Positions 9,546-18,685 of a stretch of DNA of 37,370 bases are shown here, piece by piece. Location of the stretch: the IMG/VR virus record IMGVR_UViG_3300048853_000106, positions 1 through 37,370 of that record. The stretch is one strand, 5' to 3'. The notes beneath the pieces are model-generated. The model was not told where the DNA came from, searched no databases, and saw nothing but the letters and a program-made list of their open reading frames with translations. A program made the translations under genes and the position numbers. Within the stretch, counting starts at the first letter, position 1, and each line of letters starts with the position of its first letter. The stretch is from a virus (Duplodnaviria > Caudoviricetes).

Positions 9546-9887
9546 TTAGAAGTAGAGGGCAACAGCCATTGCGTCGGCCAGCTTGCTCGGGTTGTTCAGG
9601 ACGCTGCTGATCTGCCAGGTGGCCGACCCGTTCGCGGATGTGAGGTCATAGCGAGCCGAGCCGCCCGGTTGACCCGGCAGGGCCGACGAGAACGCGGTCT
9701 GGTTCACGTAGTCCTTGCTGGCGATCTGGTCGTGCGCGATCGGCATCGGGCCTTTGAACGCTGGGAAGGTGACCTTCAGGATCTTCTTGATCAGGCGCAG
9801 GTGATCGTCGCCTTGCGACTTCGGATCGCCTGGCGCCGGGTTGTCGGCGTTCAAGTCGTTGATATAGGTGCCGGTTTCCAGGCCCAT
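9546..9887 (-). CDS. Short tail-fibre anchor protein
   Basis: N-terminus MGLETGTYINDL..NP...DPKSQGDDHLRLIK..LK.TFP resembles podovirus fibre attachment domains. Confidence 0.7.
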   Translation of the reverse strand: MGLETGTYINDLNADNPAPGDPKSQGDDHLRLIKKILKVTFPAFKGPMPIAHDQIASKDYVNQTAFSSALPGQPGGSARYDLTSANGSATWQISSVLNNPSKLADAMAVALYF

Positions 9888-9896
9888 GTTTGCTCC

Positions 9897-10091
9897 TTAT
9901 CGAGTGCGTTTCAGCCAGAACTCCACTTTCGGCGTGCGCACCGTCTCCACCTCGAATTGAGGCGCGGGGTCGGCCGTTCGGCAGTAGTCCTGGATTTCGT
10001 AGTACAGCTGCTGGTTGGCACCTTCCCAGGTGCCGAGAATCGGCATCGGGAGTCGGTCGCCCACCTGCATGGATTGGTAGTCGGGTTTCAT
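9897..10091 (-). CDS. Hypothetical protein
   Basis: 64 aa with an AGGAG RBS; fills the gap in the operon. Confidence 0.6.
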   Translation of the reverse strand: MKPDYQSMQVGDRLPMPILGTWEGANQQLYYEIQDYCRTADPAPQFEVETVRTPKVEFWLKRTR

Positions 10092-10099
10092 CGGCGCTC

Positions 10100-10711
10100 C
10101 TACGGGTTGCGCGAATCAGTCCGCACGACAAGGTCGCCGGCGGTGGCCTTGGTGGCGTTCGCAGTGCTCAGCGCGATCTGGTACTTCTCGCTCCATTTCG
10201 AAATGCCTTCGGTCTTTTCGAGGTAGAGCATCGCTTCGACCATCGTCGCGGCCAGGTAGAGCGCCGGGTTTCGCGCCATCAGCCAGTTCAGGCCGTCGGC
10301 AGCGTCGGCCAGCGGCGGCAGCGACATGCGCGCGATCAGGCGCAGCTCGTACACCGCGTCCGGCACCGGACCCAGGTAAAGCAGGTCGCCGACCATGGTG
10401 TAGTTGCGTGGCGCCGACCGCTCGCCCACGCTGTAGCGCGCACTGAAAGCGTCGGCCGCCAGATAGTCCAGCGGCAGCCCGTTCGGCACGCCGATCGAGC
10501 GAATCGTGATCACGCCCGGCGGCAGCGCCACCGTTGCGGCGCCGGCCACGGTCGGCAAAGAGATCGCCGCGTCGATGCCGCGCGCTTCGAGGTCTGCGCT
10601 CAGGCGCTCCTCGGCCAGCATCACCAGGTCTGGAATGCGCTTCGCCAGGTCCTTGCGGTGCGAGAAGTCGATCACGCTGGCCTGCAGCCAGGTGTAGTCG
10701 CGCGCGGCCAT
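10100..10711 (-). CDS. Head-tail adaptor/connector protein
   Basis: Motifs IPDLVMLAEERL, LYLGPVPDAVY and NWLMARNPALYL; podovirus adaptor position. Confidence 0.75.
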   Translation of the reverse strand: MAARDYTWLQASVIDFSHRKDLAKRIPDLVMLAEERLSADLEARGIDAAISLPTVAGAATVALPPGVITIRSIGVPNGLPLDYLAADAFSARYSVGERSAPRNYTMVGDLLYLGPVPDAVYELRLIARMSLPPLADAADGLNWLMARNPALYLAATMVEAMLYLEKTEGISKWSEKYQIALSTANATKATAGDLVVRTDSRNP

Positions 10712-10995
10712 TACAGCTTGCCCTTCCAGATGCGGAACATGCTGTTGTCCGGGTGCTCGACCAGGCGCTTGATGTGCACCTCGTTGCCCATGAATTCATG
10801 GAACGTGATGCCGTGATCGTTGCAATACTTCTCGACGATCACGTTCGGGATGCGGGCGGCGTGCTTGACGTCGGCAGTGCCGTGTTCGCCAGCCAAGTGC
10901 CGGCGCTTGGCGTCCTCCAGGATCGGCGTGCAGTCCTGCGAGCGGCCAACGACGAGCCGGTCGTCCTGCGTGAAAATGCGGGTTTCGAGGTTCAT
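10711..10995 (-). CDS. Conserved phage hypothetical protein
   Basis: 94 aa with motifs QDCTPIL, ARIP.V and HPDNSMFR; GGA RBS; coupled to the adaptor gene. Confidence 0.7.
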   Translation of the reverse strand: MNLETRIFTQDDRLVVGRSQDCTPILEDAKRRHLAGEHGTADVKHAARIPNVIVEKYCNDHGITFHEFMGNEVHIKRLVEHPDNSMFRIWKGKL

Positions 10996-11004
10996 TTGGT
11001 TCCT

Positions 11005-13419
11005 TCAGTTGTAGCGATGGCGACTCGCCGAGCTGCGCCGCGATTGGCCTACAGCTGGCGGCCCGCTCACGTATTCGGCCGTTGTCACTGAACGCGAAAG
11101 TGGCTCTGAGCGATTCCCTGCGCCGTCGTAAGCGCGGATGAAGATCGTTTGGGTGGTCCCCGCCGGGAGTCCGTTAAGCACGACCATCCGGTCCGGTCCG
11201 ATGTTGAAATAATCCACACCACCGATGCTGTACTCGTAGCCCGTCACCCCGACGTCGTCGGTCGCTGCCTGGAAGGAAAGCGTCGCGCCGCTCGCCGTGA
11301 CGTTGGTGAGGTTGATAGCGCCGCTCATCACCGGCGCCGTGGTGTCTGTTGCGGCGGCAGCCTGCGTCGCCACCATCTCGGCTTCGACCGTCATCGGCAG
11401 CGGCAGCACGCCGTTGCTGTACACAGCGTTGGTCATGCTCGGCGCCTGCTCTGCCAGATACTTGACGATCGGATCAACGAGCGTGACGCCGCATTCGATC
11501 TCGATCAGGTTGGCGTTGACGCGCTGGGCCGCGATCCCCGACAGCGTCACGTGGGAGCCGTCCGGCTGCTTGTTCTGGACAGTGAATCCGCCCGGCGCCG
11601 CCGGCGTGAAGTCGGTGCCGTCGCGCGTGGTCACCGCTGCCCGCACCTTCGTGCCGGTGTAGGTGATGCTGGCGATGGACGGGCCGCGCACCTTCTTCGG
11701 GTCTTCGCCGCCGTAGACGAAGCGACCAGCCTGATACATCGCCATCGAGCCGCACGCGGCATAGCCGTCGAGAGACGGTGCCAGATGGACGTTGTCGCTC
11801 GCGGTGGCGAACTGCAGCGCCTGGACGTAGACGACGCCGGGATAGTTGCCGATCTGGCTTTCCGCCTGGCGCATCCGCTCGGCTTGTACCAGCTGCAGGC
11901 CTGGGCGAGGAGGGCCGCCAACCCACACAACAGGCAGGTCCGTCGGCCGAGTGGTCAGCGCGCGCAGATCGTCGATCAGCTTCTGCATGTCCGCCAGGTG
12001 CGCGGCAGTCGACGTGATCCAGCCGTTCGCGGCGTCGTTCGGGCCCACGGTAATGTAGAGGCCGTCCAATTGCCCCTTCATCGCAGCAATGGCCGCGGCC
12101 AGATTCTTGCGGTGGGTGCTATTCGGATCGAGCCACGTGCGTAGCGTGGTGCCGGCGACGCCATAGTTCAGCCAGATAATCGGCTTGCCGGCCTTCGCAG
12201 CCAGTTCGCTCGCCATGCGCGTTGCGGCGCCTGTGGTGCTCATCGCTGACGCGGTTGGCGTGGCGCCGCTGATGACGGCCGTGTTCGGCGCGACCGTGAA
12301 GCCGGTGCCGCTCTTGTCGGTGAACAGGTAGTCGGAGCTGGACGAACCACAGTTGCCCCACACGCCGCCGACGAGGACCTTAGCCGTCGACTGCTGGCTC
12401 TCCGCCAGTACAGTGGTGCCGCTCCGGGAGCGCGCCTGGAACGTGTATGGACCGCCGTCTGGAGCTGCCCGCGCGCCGCTATAGGACGACGCCCCGATCG
12501 TCGGCGACTGAAGCGCGACCCAGTTGCCCGTGCTGCCATCCGGCGCGATCATGCGAACGTCAATTGCATCGGCTTGCGCGCCGCCCAGGGCGCCGGCGAA
12601 GGTCACCATGGCGCTATTGCCGGTCGACGGTCCCACGATCAGCGATTGCGCGCTGCTGACGGTGATAGCGTTCGTCGGCTGACCAGTGCCGCCGGCCGGC
12701 GCAAAACTTGGCTCAGCGCTGGTGGTGGGCGCTGGCGTGCCAGCCAGTGAGAACGGGAGCGCATTCGGACCGCGGTCCAAGATGTCCGTCACATCGCTGG
12801 CACGGACGTAGAAGACGATGTTCTTGCCCAGGGCCGTGATTTCTTCACCGGCAGCCAAGCGCGCGATTTCGAAGTCGGTCAGGGTGTCGTTCAGCAGGAA
12901 AAAGCGCGACATGGACTGATCGCACTTCCGGTCTGCCGTGTCGTTCATCCGCGAGGCAAACTTGAACCCGTTGCCGTCCAGGGTCTGGATGATCTGCGAG
13001 TTCGTGGTGGTCGATTCTTGTACGACGGCGCTACCGTCGATCGGCGTGCTGCTCAGGGCTGGGCAAGACCGCATCGTTGCGGTGGCGCCGTCGCGCTGGG
13101 TCACGATCAGATGCACGCCGCCGGTGAACTGCGTCGTACTCAGCAGCGCTGGCGTGTTCGCGTTCGCCATGGTGTTGGCGTACACGGCCATGCGGCTGCG
13201 AAGGCTGGTTCCCGAGACGCCGGCGGCATAGTGGACCAGGTTGAGCGAGCCAGCGTCGCCGAAGCCGCCGGTAGATGCGTGGTACTGGGTCACGTCACCG
13301 GTAACAACGCCGTCGAAACGGACAATCTCAGCCAGCGCCCATTTATTGCCGAGGGTGGTTGTCGCGTTGTCAGGCGTGCTGAGCGACTGGTTGCCGGCGG
13401 CGCGGTCGAATTTGATCAT
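11005..13419 (-). CDS. Multidomain protein: lectin-like N-terminus, SGNH/sialate O-acetylesterase-like domain, FN3
   Basis: Esterase blocks GGPYT...VLVGGVWGNCGSSS (compare VLVGEVWLCSGQSN), GVAGT, GPNDA and DNVH (DxxH). C-terminal DTTAP...ATDDVGVTGY...RAYDGAGN is an FN3 signature. Confidence 0.8.
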   Translation of the reverse strand: MIKFDRAAGNQSLSTPDNATTTLGNKWALAEIVRFDGVVTGDVTQYHASTGGFGDAGSLNLVHYAAGVSGTSLRSRMAVYANTMANANTPALLSTTQFTGGVHLIVTQRDGATATMRSCPALSSTPIDGSAVVQESTTTNSQIIQTLDGNGFKFASRMNDTADRKCDQSMSRFFLLNDTLTDFEIARLAAGEEITALGKNIVFYVRASDVTDILDRGPNALPFSLAGTPAPTTSAEPSFAPAGGTGQPTNAITVSSAQSLIVGPSTGNSAMVTFAGALGGAQADAIDVRMIAPDGSTGNWVALQSPTIGASSYSGARAAPDGGPYTFQARSRSGTTVLAESQQSTAKVLVGGVWGNCGSSSSDYLFTDKSGTGFTVAPNTAVISGATPTASAMSTTGAATRMASELAAKAGKPIIWLNYGVAGTTLRTWLDPNSTHRKNLAAAIAAMKGQLDGLYITVGPNDAANGWITSTAAHLADMQKLIDDLRALTTRPTDLPVVWVGGPPRPGLQLVQAERMRQAESQIGNYPGVVYVQALQFATASDNVHLAPSLDGYAACGSMAMYQAGRFVYGGEDPKKVRGPSIASITYTGTKVRAAVTTRDGTDFTPAAPGGFTVQNKQPDGSHVTLSGIAAQRVNANLIEIECGVTLVDPIVKYLAEQAPSMTNAVYSNGVLPLPMTVEAEMVATQAAAATDTTAPVMSGAINLTNVTASGATLSFQAATDDVGVTGYEYSIGGVDYFNIGPDRMVVLNGLPAGTTQTIFIRAYDGAGNRSEPLSRSVTTAEYVSGPPAVGQSRRSSASRHRYN

Positions 13420-13440
13420 AAGCAGCCTTGGATGGGATGG

Positions 13441-13734
13441 CTACAAGCCTTCGCCGTTCGTGAAATACATGTTGGTGGTGCCGCTCGCGGTGACCGCAGC
13501 GACGTGACTCGCGGTGCCAGTGGTGAATGTCTCGGTGGCACCGGCCTTGATCGGCATCTTTGCGGTGTTGGCCGTGACGTTGGAATCGCCGAATTGGATG
13601 AAGGCTGTCGCCGTGCCGTCGTTGACGACGCGTACGACGCGCGAATTGACGTCCAGTGCTACCCGCGTCGAAGCGGTGGTCACTGCCAGCGACACCGTAT
13701 CGGCGCCCGACGGCATGAAGGTTTTCAGGGTCAT
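13441..13734 (-). CDS. Small beta-rich virion protein, probable capsid decoration
   Basis: 97 aa, Thr/Val/Ala-rich, starting at ATG 13734 with a GGAG RBS; directly after the capsid gene. Confidence 0.7.
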   Translation of the reverse strand: MTLKTFMPSGADTVSLAVTTASTRVALDVNSRVVRVVNDGTATAFIQFGDSNVTANTAKMPIKAGATETFTTGTASHVAAVTASGTTNMYFTNGEGL

Positions 13735-13748
13735 GGATGCTCCAGCAG

Positions 13749-13775
13749 AAACGAAAAACGGCCCCGTAGGGCCGT
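13749..13775 (-). terminator. Intrinsic terminator after major capsid gene
   Basis: ACGGCCC-TACG-GGGCCGT followed by TTTTCGTTT on the minus strand. Confidence 0.8.
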
Positions 13776-13795
13776 CTCTCTTGCGACAGGGTGGA

Positions 13796-14722
13796 TTACT
13801 GCACGTCGGCGACAATGCCGTTCGCCTTCGGGTTGACCGCTTCCAGCGTGTACTCGCAGATGATCTGCTTGCGGATCGAGTCGCCGGTCTTGGCCAGGTC
13901 CTGGGTGAAGTACGGGCGGAACCACGCCATCTTCCACTTGCCGCTTTCCAGGATGTGCACGTCACGTGCGCGCTGGATGCGGTTCGGGACGACTTTCAGC
14001 GTACCAAAGTCCGACACGTAGACGTCGATCGAAGCGTAGATTTTCTCGTCTTCAGCGTCCACGCGGCGGGTCGAGTTGCCGGTGAAGGTCGAGAACGCCT
14101 GCTTCTGGATCGGGCCCAGCATGATGACGTTCGGGTTGCCGCCCGAGGTGTAGCACTTCTGCAGCACGTCTTTCAGCAGGGTTTCGGTGAACGGGCGGGT
14201 GGTGCCGTCGGTCTGCGCGACGTTGGTCACGTAGTTCGGCGCCACGTAGCCGGTACCGCCGTTGGCGTTGGCCGAGTCGACCCAGCCGATCAGGCCGCGC
14301 GATTTGCGTGGGCCAGCAGCCGACACGCCGTTCTGGGTCAGGCCGAATTCGATATCGGTCTTCAGCTCGGCCGATTTCAGGGCCATCTGGTAGGCCATTT
14401 CCGACTTACGGCCAGCGCTGTCGGTCTGCTCCTGGGTGCCCGATACCTGGACGGTCTTCGACGAGATCTGGGTGCGGTTCTGCAGGCGCACGGTCGGGGT
14501 CACGACGTTGTTGGTCGCGTCGTCGCCTTCAGCCTGGGCGTTGTCGCCAGGAGCCTGCAGCGATTGGGTCTGGAACTCGTGCAGGGTGTTGGTCGCCTTG
14601 CCGGTGCCGATCATCGACAGGAACGGGGTTTCCGATGGCGAAATGCGCGAGATGACGTCGGTCAGGTCTTCGCGGTTGCCGACAGCAGCGGTGCTCTGGT
14701 AGGTATTGGTTGGTGCGGCCAT
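13796..14722 (-). CDS. Major capsid protein (DUF5309-like)
   Basis: GNREDLTDVISRISPSETPF, NRTQI.SK, YVSDFG and LAKTGDS motifs; strong GGAGG RBS. Confidence 0.9.
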   Translation of the reverse strand: MAAPTNTYQSTAAVGNREDLTDVISRISPSETPFLSMIGTGKATNTLHEFQTQSLQAPGDNAQAEGDDATNNVVTPTVRLQNRTQISSKTVQVSGTQEQTDSAGRKSEMAYQMALKSAELKTDIEFGLTQNGVSAAGPRKSRGLIGWVDSANANGGTGYVAPNYVTNVAQTDGTTRPFTETLLKDVLQKCYTSGGNPNVIMLGPIQKQAFSTFTGNSTRRVDAEDEKIYASIDVYVSDFGTLKVVPNRIQRARDVHILESGKWKMAWFRPYFTQDLAKTGDSIRKQIICEYTLEAVNPKANGIVADVQ

Positions 14723-14736
14723 TTGGCCCTCCGAAA

Positions 14737-15768
14737 TTAGTTGAGGAATGCGTTAAATGCTGCAGCCGCGGCGTCGATCGAGCCGGTCTTCTGCAGGTGC
14801 TTCATTGCGGTGGTGCGGCCATCGCCTGGGCGCGCCGAATCGGCATTGCCTGGGCGCTCGACCTTCGGCGGCGCGGCAGCGACCTTCTTGGTCGTGCTGC
14901 GTGCGCGCTCCATCAGGGCGTCGAACTGCATGGCCTTGCGCGCCAGGACGACCAGCCGGTGATCAGGCAGAACCTGTTCTTCCGGAGCAAAGTCCTGCGT
15001 GCCGAGGTACTTCTTGATCGCGACCACATCAGCTTCGACCTTGGCGGGGTCGCTCCACTCCGGGATCTTGGCGAGCAGTTTCTGCTGCTGATCCTGGTAG
15101 TAGGCGGCCTGCGCCCGGGCGTGTTCCTGTTGGCGTTGACCGTTGATCTGCTGGAGTTCCTGTTGCGCCTGAGCGAGTTGCGCTTGCCGTTGCTCAACGG
15201 TGCGCTGCGTCGACAGGTAGGTAACAGGGTCAGATTCCAGCAGTTCGGCGGTGAGCTGGGCGCGCAGGGCGTTCAGCTCGTAGTTGGCCTGGCCGGAGAA
15301 CTGCTCCAGCTTCGTGGCGTATTCGTCGCGTTGGGCGCGCGCCTGCGTTGCCTCGGCGTCTGCGGCTTTACGCTGCTCGGCCAGGGCCATCGTCTTGGCG
15401 GTGTAGTCCTGCTGACGCATGCCGGCCTTGACGTGCTCGGCCATCTGGTCAGCGGTCAGCGTGACGTCCTTGCCGTCGACCTTGATGGTGAATGACTGCG
15501 GCGCGTCACCGGCCGTCGGCTCGGCGGCGCCGGCTTCTTCGCGCGCCAGGCGCTCGGCGGCCTGCTCGTCGGTTTCGTGCTCGGCAGTGGCTTCGTTGGT
15601 CGTCGCGGCTGCGGTCGTCGCCGCTTCGGGCTCGTCGCCCAGGTGCGATTCGAACGCGCTGGCAGCGCTGGACGTGTCGAGCGGGCCGCTGCCGCCAGCG
15701 GCGCCGCCGGTGGTGCCATCAGTTGCCTGATCCATCAGGCGGGGCGTTTTCCAGTATTTCGGGTGCAT
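14737..15768 (-). CDS. Capsid scaffolding protein
   Basis: Acidic N-terminus, KVDGKDV..T...L/M..G.MRQQDYTAKT motif, coiled coil. Confidence 0.88.
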   Translation of the reverse strand: MHPKYWKTPRLMDQATDGTTGGAAGGSGPLDTSSAASAFESHLGDEPEAATTAAATTNEATAEHETDEQAAERLAREEAGAAEPTAGDAPQSFTIKVDGKDVTLTADQMAEHVKAGMRQQDYTAKTMALAEQRKAADAEATQARAQRDEYATKLEQFSGQANYELNALRAQLTAELLESDPVTYLSTQRTVEQRQAQLAQAQQELQQINGQRQQEHARAQAAYYQDQQQKLLAKIPEWSDPAKVEADVVAIKKYLGTQDFAPEEQVLPDHRLVVLARKAMQFDALMERARSTTKKVAAAPPKVERPGNADSARPGDGRTTAMKHLQKTGSIDAAAAAFNAFLN

Positions 15769-15771
15769 TCG

Positions 15772-16152
15772 TTATCCTTCGATCGCGACGGTTTCGCCGC
15801 TGGAGACTTGGTAGGCGGGAGGGCCGATCAGCACGGCCGCATTGATGCCGTTGCCGAGGTCGAACAGGTCGCCGCGCGGCTCGGGGTACCACATACGGGT
15901 AACCAGGCGACCATCCTTGCGGGCGGCTTCCATCACGGTGAGCCAGTCCACTGGTCGGGCGGGGGTCAGCGCAGGTGCACGCCCTCCGCCCGCTCCCGCA
16001 CCAGCTGGTTCGCCTGGTGCTCGCGCTCCACGTTTGCCAGCTTCCCGTCCGTCATTGCCGCTTCCAGCGTCGAGCGCAGCTTGTGCAGCAGCTTGACCGT
16101 CATCCACAGCGTTTCGCGCCCGGCGGGATCGCGGGCTGGTGATTTTTTCCAT
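15772..16152 (-). CDS. Hypothetical protein, overlaps upstream gene by 187 nt (start uncertain)
   Basis: Only minus-strand ORF filling 15772-15965; its C-terminal half looks globular. Confidence 0.45.
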   Translation of the reverse strand: MEKITSPRSRRARNAVDDGQAAAQAALDAGSGNDGREAGKRGARAPGEPAGAGAGGGRAPALTPARPVDWLTVMEAARKDGRLVTRMWYPEPRGDLFDLGNGINAAVLIGPPAYQVSSGETVAIEG

Positions 16153-16262
16153 GCTTCGACATGCTCCTGTTCAATGTCGGCGAAGGCCTTGGCGAAGGCG
16201 GGGTTGTCCAGCACCTGACACGCCTGCTCGCCCTGCATGATGCGTTTTTCAAGCGTTTCCAT
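15966..16262 (-). CDS. Conserved small head-assembly protein between portal and scaffold
   Basis: GEQA..VLDNPAF..AF...W..SP..D..GRE.LW pattern typical of this position. Confidence 0.8.
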   Translation of the reverse strand: METLEKRIMQGEQACQVLDNPAFAKAFADIEQEHVEAWKKSPARDPAGRETLWMTVKLLHKLRSTLEAAMTDGKLANVEREHQANQLVRERAEGVHLR

Positions 16263-18525
16263 TGGCTGCCATGTCCTGGTTCGATTGGGTTTCCGCTGCT
16301 TCCAGCGACGCGCTCTGCTGCTGCGCTGCGATCTGCGCCTTCACGATGTCGGCGTCGTGCTGGAGGTTGACCTTCCACTGTTCGAACGCCAACTTCTCGC
16401 GCTCGAACTCGATCTTCGCCATCTGCTCATCATGGCGGCGCTGCGCGTCGCGCTCTGCTTGCTCGGCTTCCAGTTGGATGCGCACCGTCTGCTGCTGGGC
16501 TTCCAGCTCCTGGCGGTTGCGGTCGACTTCCATCTGCGCGCGCGCCTTCATCTCGGCCGCCTGCAGGTCGACCTGGGCCAGCATCTGCGCCTTTTCACGC
16601 TCGAACTGCAGCTGGTCCTTGCGGGCCTGCGCGTCGAGCTGCGCTTTCACCATCGCCGGATCCTGCTGCTCCTGCTTCTGCGGCATCTGCGTCGGATCGG
16701 TGAAGAAGCGGTCGGCGTCGCGGAAGCCCAGGGCCTCGGTCAGCTTCTTGTCGGCGGCGAACAGGTTGGCCGGCGTGGCGTAGCCGATCTGCAGCGCGGT
16801 GACCTGCGACTGCTTCAAGGCCATCAGGTGCTGCACCAGCTGGTCCTTGTTGCCGGTGCCGAGGCCCACGCCCGGCGCCATGTCGAACTGGTTCGTCCAC
16901 TCGCGCGGATCGACATCAACCCAGCCACCGGAGAGCTTCACCTGCTCGGCCTTGTTCTGGTACTGCGACACCAGCCGTAGCATCTTCTTGAACAGGCGCG
17001 CGAAGCCGGTTTCAGCCATCGTGCGCGCCACCAGCTCCAGGCGCTCATCTGCTCGGTTGGTGACGATGTTCGACTGCGTGGCGGTCTGCGCGACCTGCAT
17101 GCCGCCGCCCTGGCTCTGCCGGGTGTAGCCAGTGGCTTCCTCGGCGTCGCGCTCGGCGGCTTCCATCATGGTCATTGCGCTGCCGATGTCGCCGACGCCC
17201 TGGTCGAGGCGGCCAACGCCCTGCGGGTTCTTCACTCGCACGACACCGCCCGGTCGGCTGTTGAGCAGGTCGTCGATGTTGACCTGGTCAGGCACGGCCC
17301 AATAGCGCCCGTTCACCTGCAGATACAGGTTGTCCAGCACCGAGCGTTTCAGGCTCGTCTTGATCTTCTGGTGCGGCATAGCCAGGTCAGCCGGCGACCA
17401 ACCGAAGAACTGGTGGGGCAGCGGGATCGACGCCAGATCGACGAACGGGTTCGCGTCCACCTTCTCGCGGTCCAGGATCTGGCCGCCGGCGCGCATCACC
17501 TTGAACAGGGCAGGGCCGTCGCCATCGAGGTTGCCGTGCACATAGCATTCTTCCAGCCACACCTGGCGGGCATCAGGGTCCTGCGCCTCGCCGGGTGCCG
17601 TCAGCATCGCCTGCAGGCCGTAGCGATCGCGCTCGGCCGATTCAGCGGTCTGGCTCGGATCTTCGAAGCTGATGTCGTCGACGTCATAGCCGCGATCACG
17701 CAGGTAGCCGACGGTGCGACGCACCCGATGGCCCTTGAAGGTTTCGTCGTCGATGTCCTTGCAGCTGCGGGAGACGAACATCTCGTCGGGCGGGATATTC
17801 TCGATGCATAGGCGGCCACCCTTGCGAGTGCGCTTGACGGTGATGTCGTAGAGCATCAGCTCGGGCTGCTGCTGCATGGCCGCGAACTGCTGCTGTGCCT
17901 GCGCGAACTGCTGCGGGTCGCCGGCGGCCATCTGCTGCAGTTGCTGGGCAGCCTGCTCGAGCATCTGTGCGCGCTGCTTGGCGGCATCCTCGTCGACGTA
18001 GGCACGCTGGCCGGTGACTTCGATCTCGCCGTCGTCCAGCAGGATCGCCAGTTGCACGTCCGTCTGGCCGCGGTATTCCTCGGTCGTCTCGACCGGCGCG
18101 TCGTCCCACCACACTTTGATGAAGCCGACCTTCGACTTGAGCGCATCCATGATCCAGGTGTAGATGATCATGTAGCCCGGGTTCTTCTTGCGCAGCAGGT
18201 AGTTCAGGTATTCCGTCGCCTGCTTGGCCTTCTGCTCGTCGTCGGGATGCGTCTCTGCGAACTCGACCACGTGATCGGTGCCGCAGAAGATCTTCATCAG
18301 CGGGCCGTGCATGCCCAGGACGGTGTTCGCCACGGTGGTATCGACTACCGACGAGCGGCCCTCGATCTCCGGCGGCGCCAGGTCACCCTTGGCCAGGCCC
18401 TGGAAGTAGTATTCGGACTTGGCGCGCGCTGCAGCGAGCAGGCCACCATAGCCCGCTTCGGCGCTGGCGTCCTGCATCTCTGCGTCGGTGAGCGCGCGCA
18501 GCTCGTCGTCTGTCATTTTTGCCAT
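16249..18525 (-). CDS. Portal protein
   Basis: 758 aa from MAKMTDDEL; motifs GRSSVVD, K.GFIKVWWD, ENIPPDE, DDLLNSRPGGVVR; Gln-rich C-terminal coiled-coil barrel. Confidence 0.92.
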   Translation of the reverse strand: MAKMTDDELRALTDAEMQDASAEAGYGGLLAAARAKSEYYFQGLAKGDLAPPEIEGRSSVVDTTVANTVLGMHGPLMKIFCGTDHVVEFAETHPDDEQKAKQATEYLNYLLRKKNPGYMIIYTWIMDALKSKVGFIKVWWDDAPVETTEEYRGQTDVQLAILLDDGEIEVTGQRAYVDEDAAKQRAQMLEQAAQQLQQMAAGDPQQFAQAQQQFAAMQQQPELMLYDITVKRTRKGGRLCIENIPPDEMFVSRSCKDIDDETFKGHRVRRTVGYLRDRGYDVDDISFEDPSQTAESAERDRYGLQAMLTAPGEAQDPDARQVWLEECYVHGNLDGDGPALFKVMRAGGQILDREKVDANPFVDLASIPLPHQFFGWSPADLAMPHQKIKTSLKRSVLDNLYLQVNGRYWAVPDQVNIDDLLNSRPGGVVRVKNPQGVGRLDQGVGDIGSAMTMMEAAERDAEEATGYTRQSQGGGMQVAQTATQSNIVTNRADERLELVARTMAETGFARLFKKMLRLVSQYQNKAEQVKLSGGWVDVDPREWTNQFDMAPGVGLGTGNKDQLVQHLMALKQSQVTALQIGYATPANLFAADKKLTEALGFRDADRFFTDPTQMPQKQEQQDPAMVKAQLDAQARKDQLQFEREKAQMLAQVDLQAAEMKARAQMEVDRNRQELEAQQQTVRIQLEAEQAERDAQRRHDEQMAKIEFEREKLAFEQWKVNLQHDADIVKAQIAAQQQSASLEAAETQSNQDMAANGNA

Positions 18526-18683
18526 GCTGGCGCCTTCCACAAGTACACGCGGCCGAGCAGGTAGACGCGAATCCACTTACCCGGAATGCAAAGGGCGAAC
18601 GTGAAATACCGTCCGCCCTCGTTGATGGTGAAAAGGCCATGCCTTTTCCATTTCGTTACTGCTCGATGAAACAGGCTCGCCAT
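18513..18683 (-). CDS. Small basic/aromatic hypothetical protein (56 aa)
   Basis: ATG at 18683 after GGAGG; fills the terL-portal gap. Confidence 0.5.
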   Translation of the reverse strand: MASLFHRAVTKWKRHGLFTINEGGRYFTFALCIPGKWIRVYLLGRVYLWKAPAWQK

Positions 18684-18685
18684 GC

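Noticed and set aside
7723-13419. Diversity-generating retroelement or invertible fibre switch
   Set aside because: No reverse transcriptase, invertase, TR/VR pair or flanking inverted sites seen.
13514-14740. Long opposite-strand ORFs (also 1969-2802, 18785-19753, 25208-26362, 31009-32307)
   Set aside because: They mirror well-supported genes; long stop-free antisense frames are expected at high GC and have no recognisable motifs.
16140-16152. Programmed -1 frameshift at GGAAAAAAT
   Set aside because: In the reading frame it is G AAA AAA, not a canonical X XXY YYZ heptamer; kept only as an alternative in the overlap finding.
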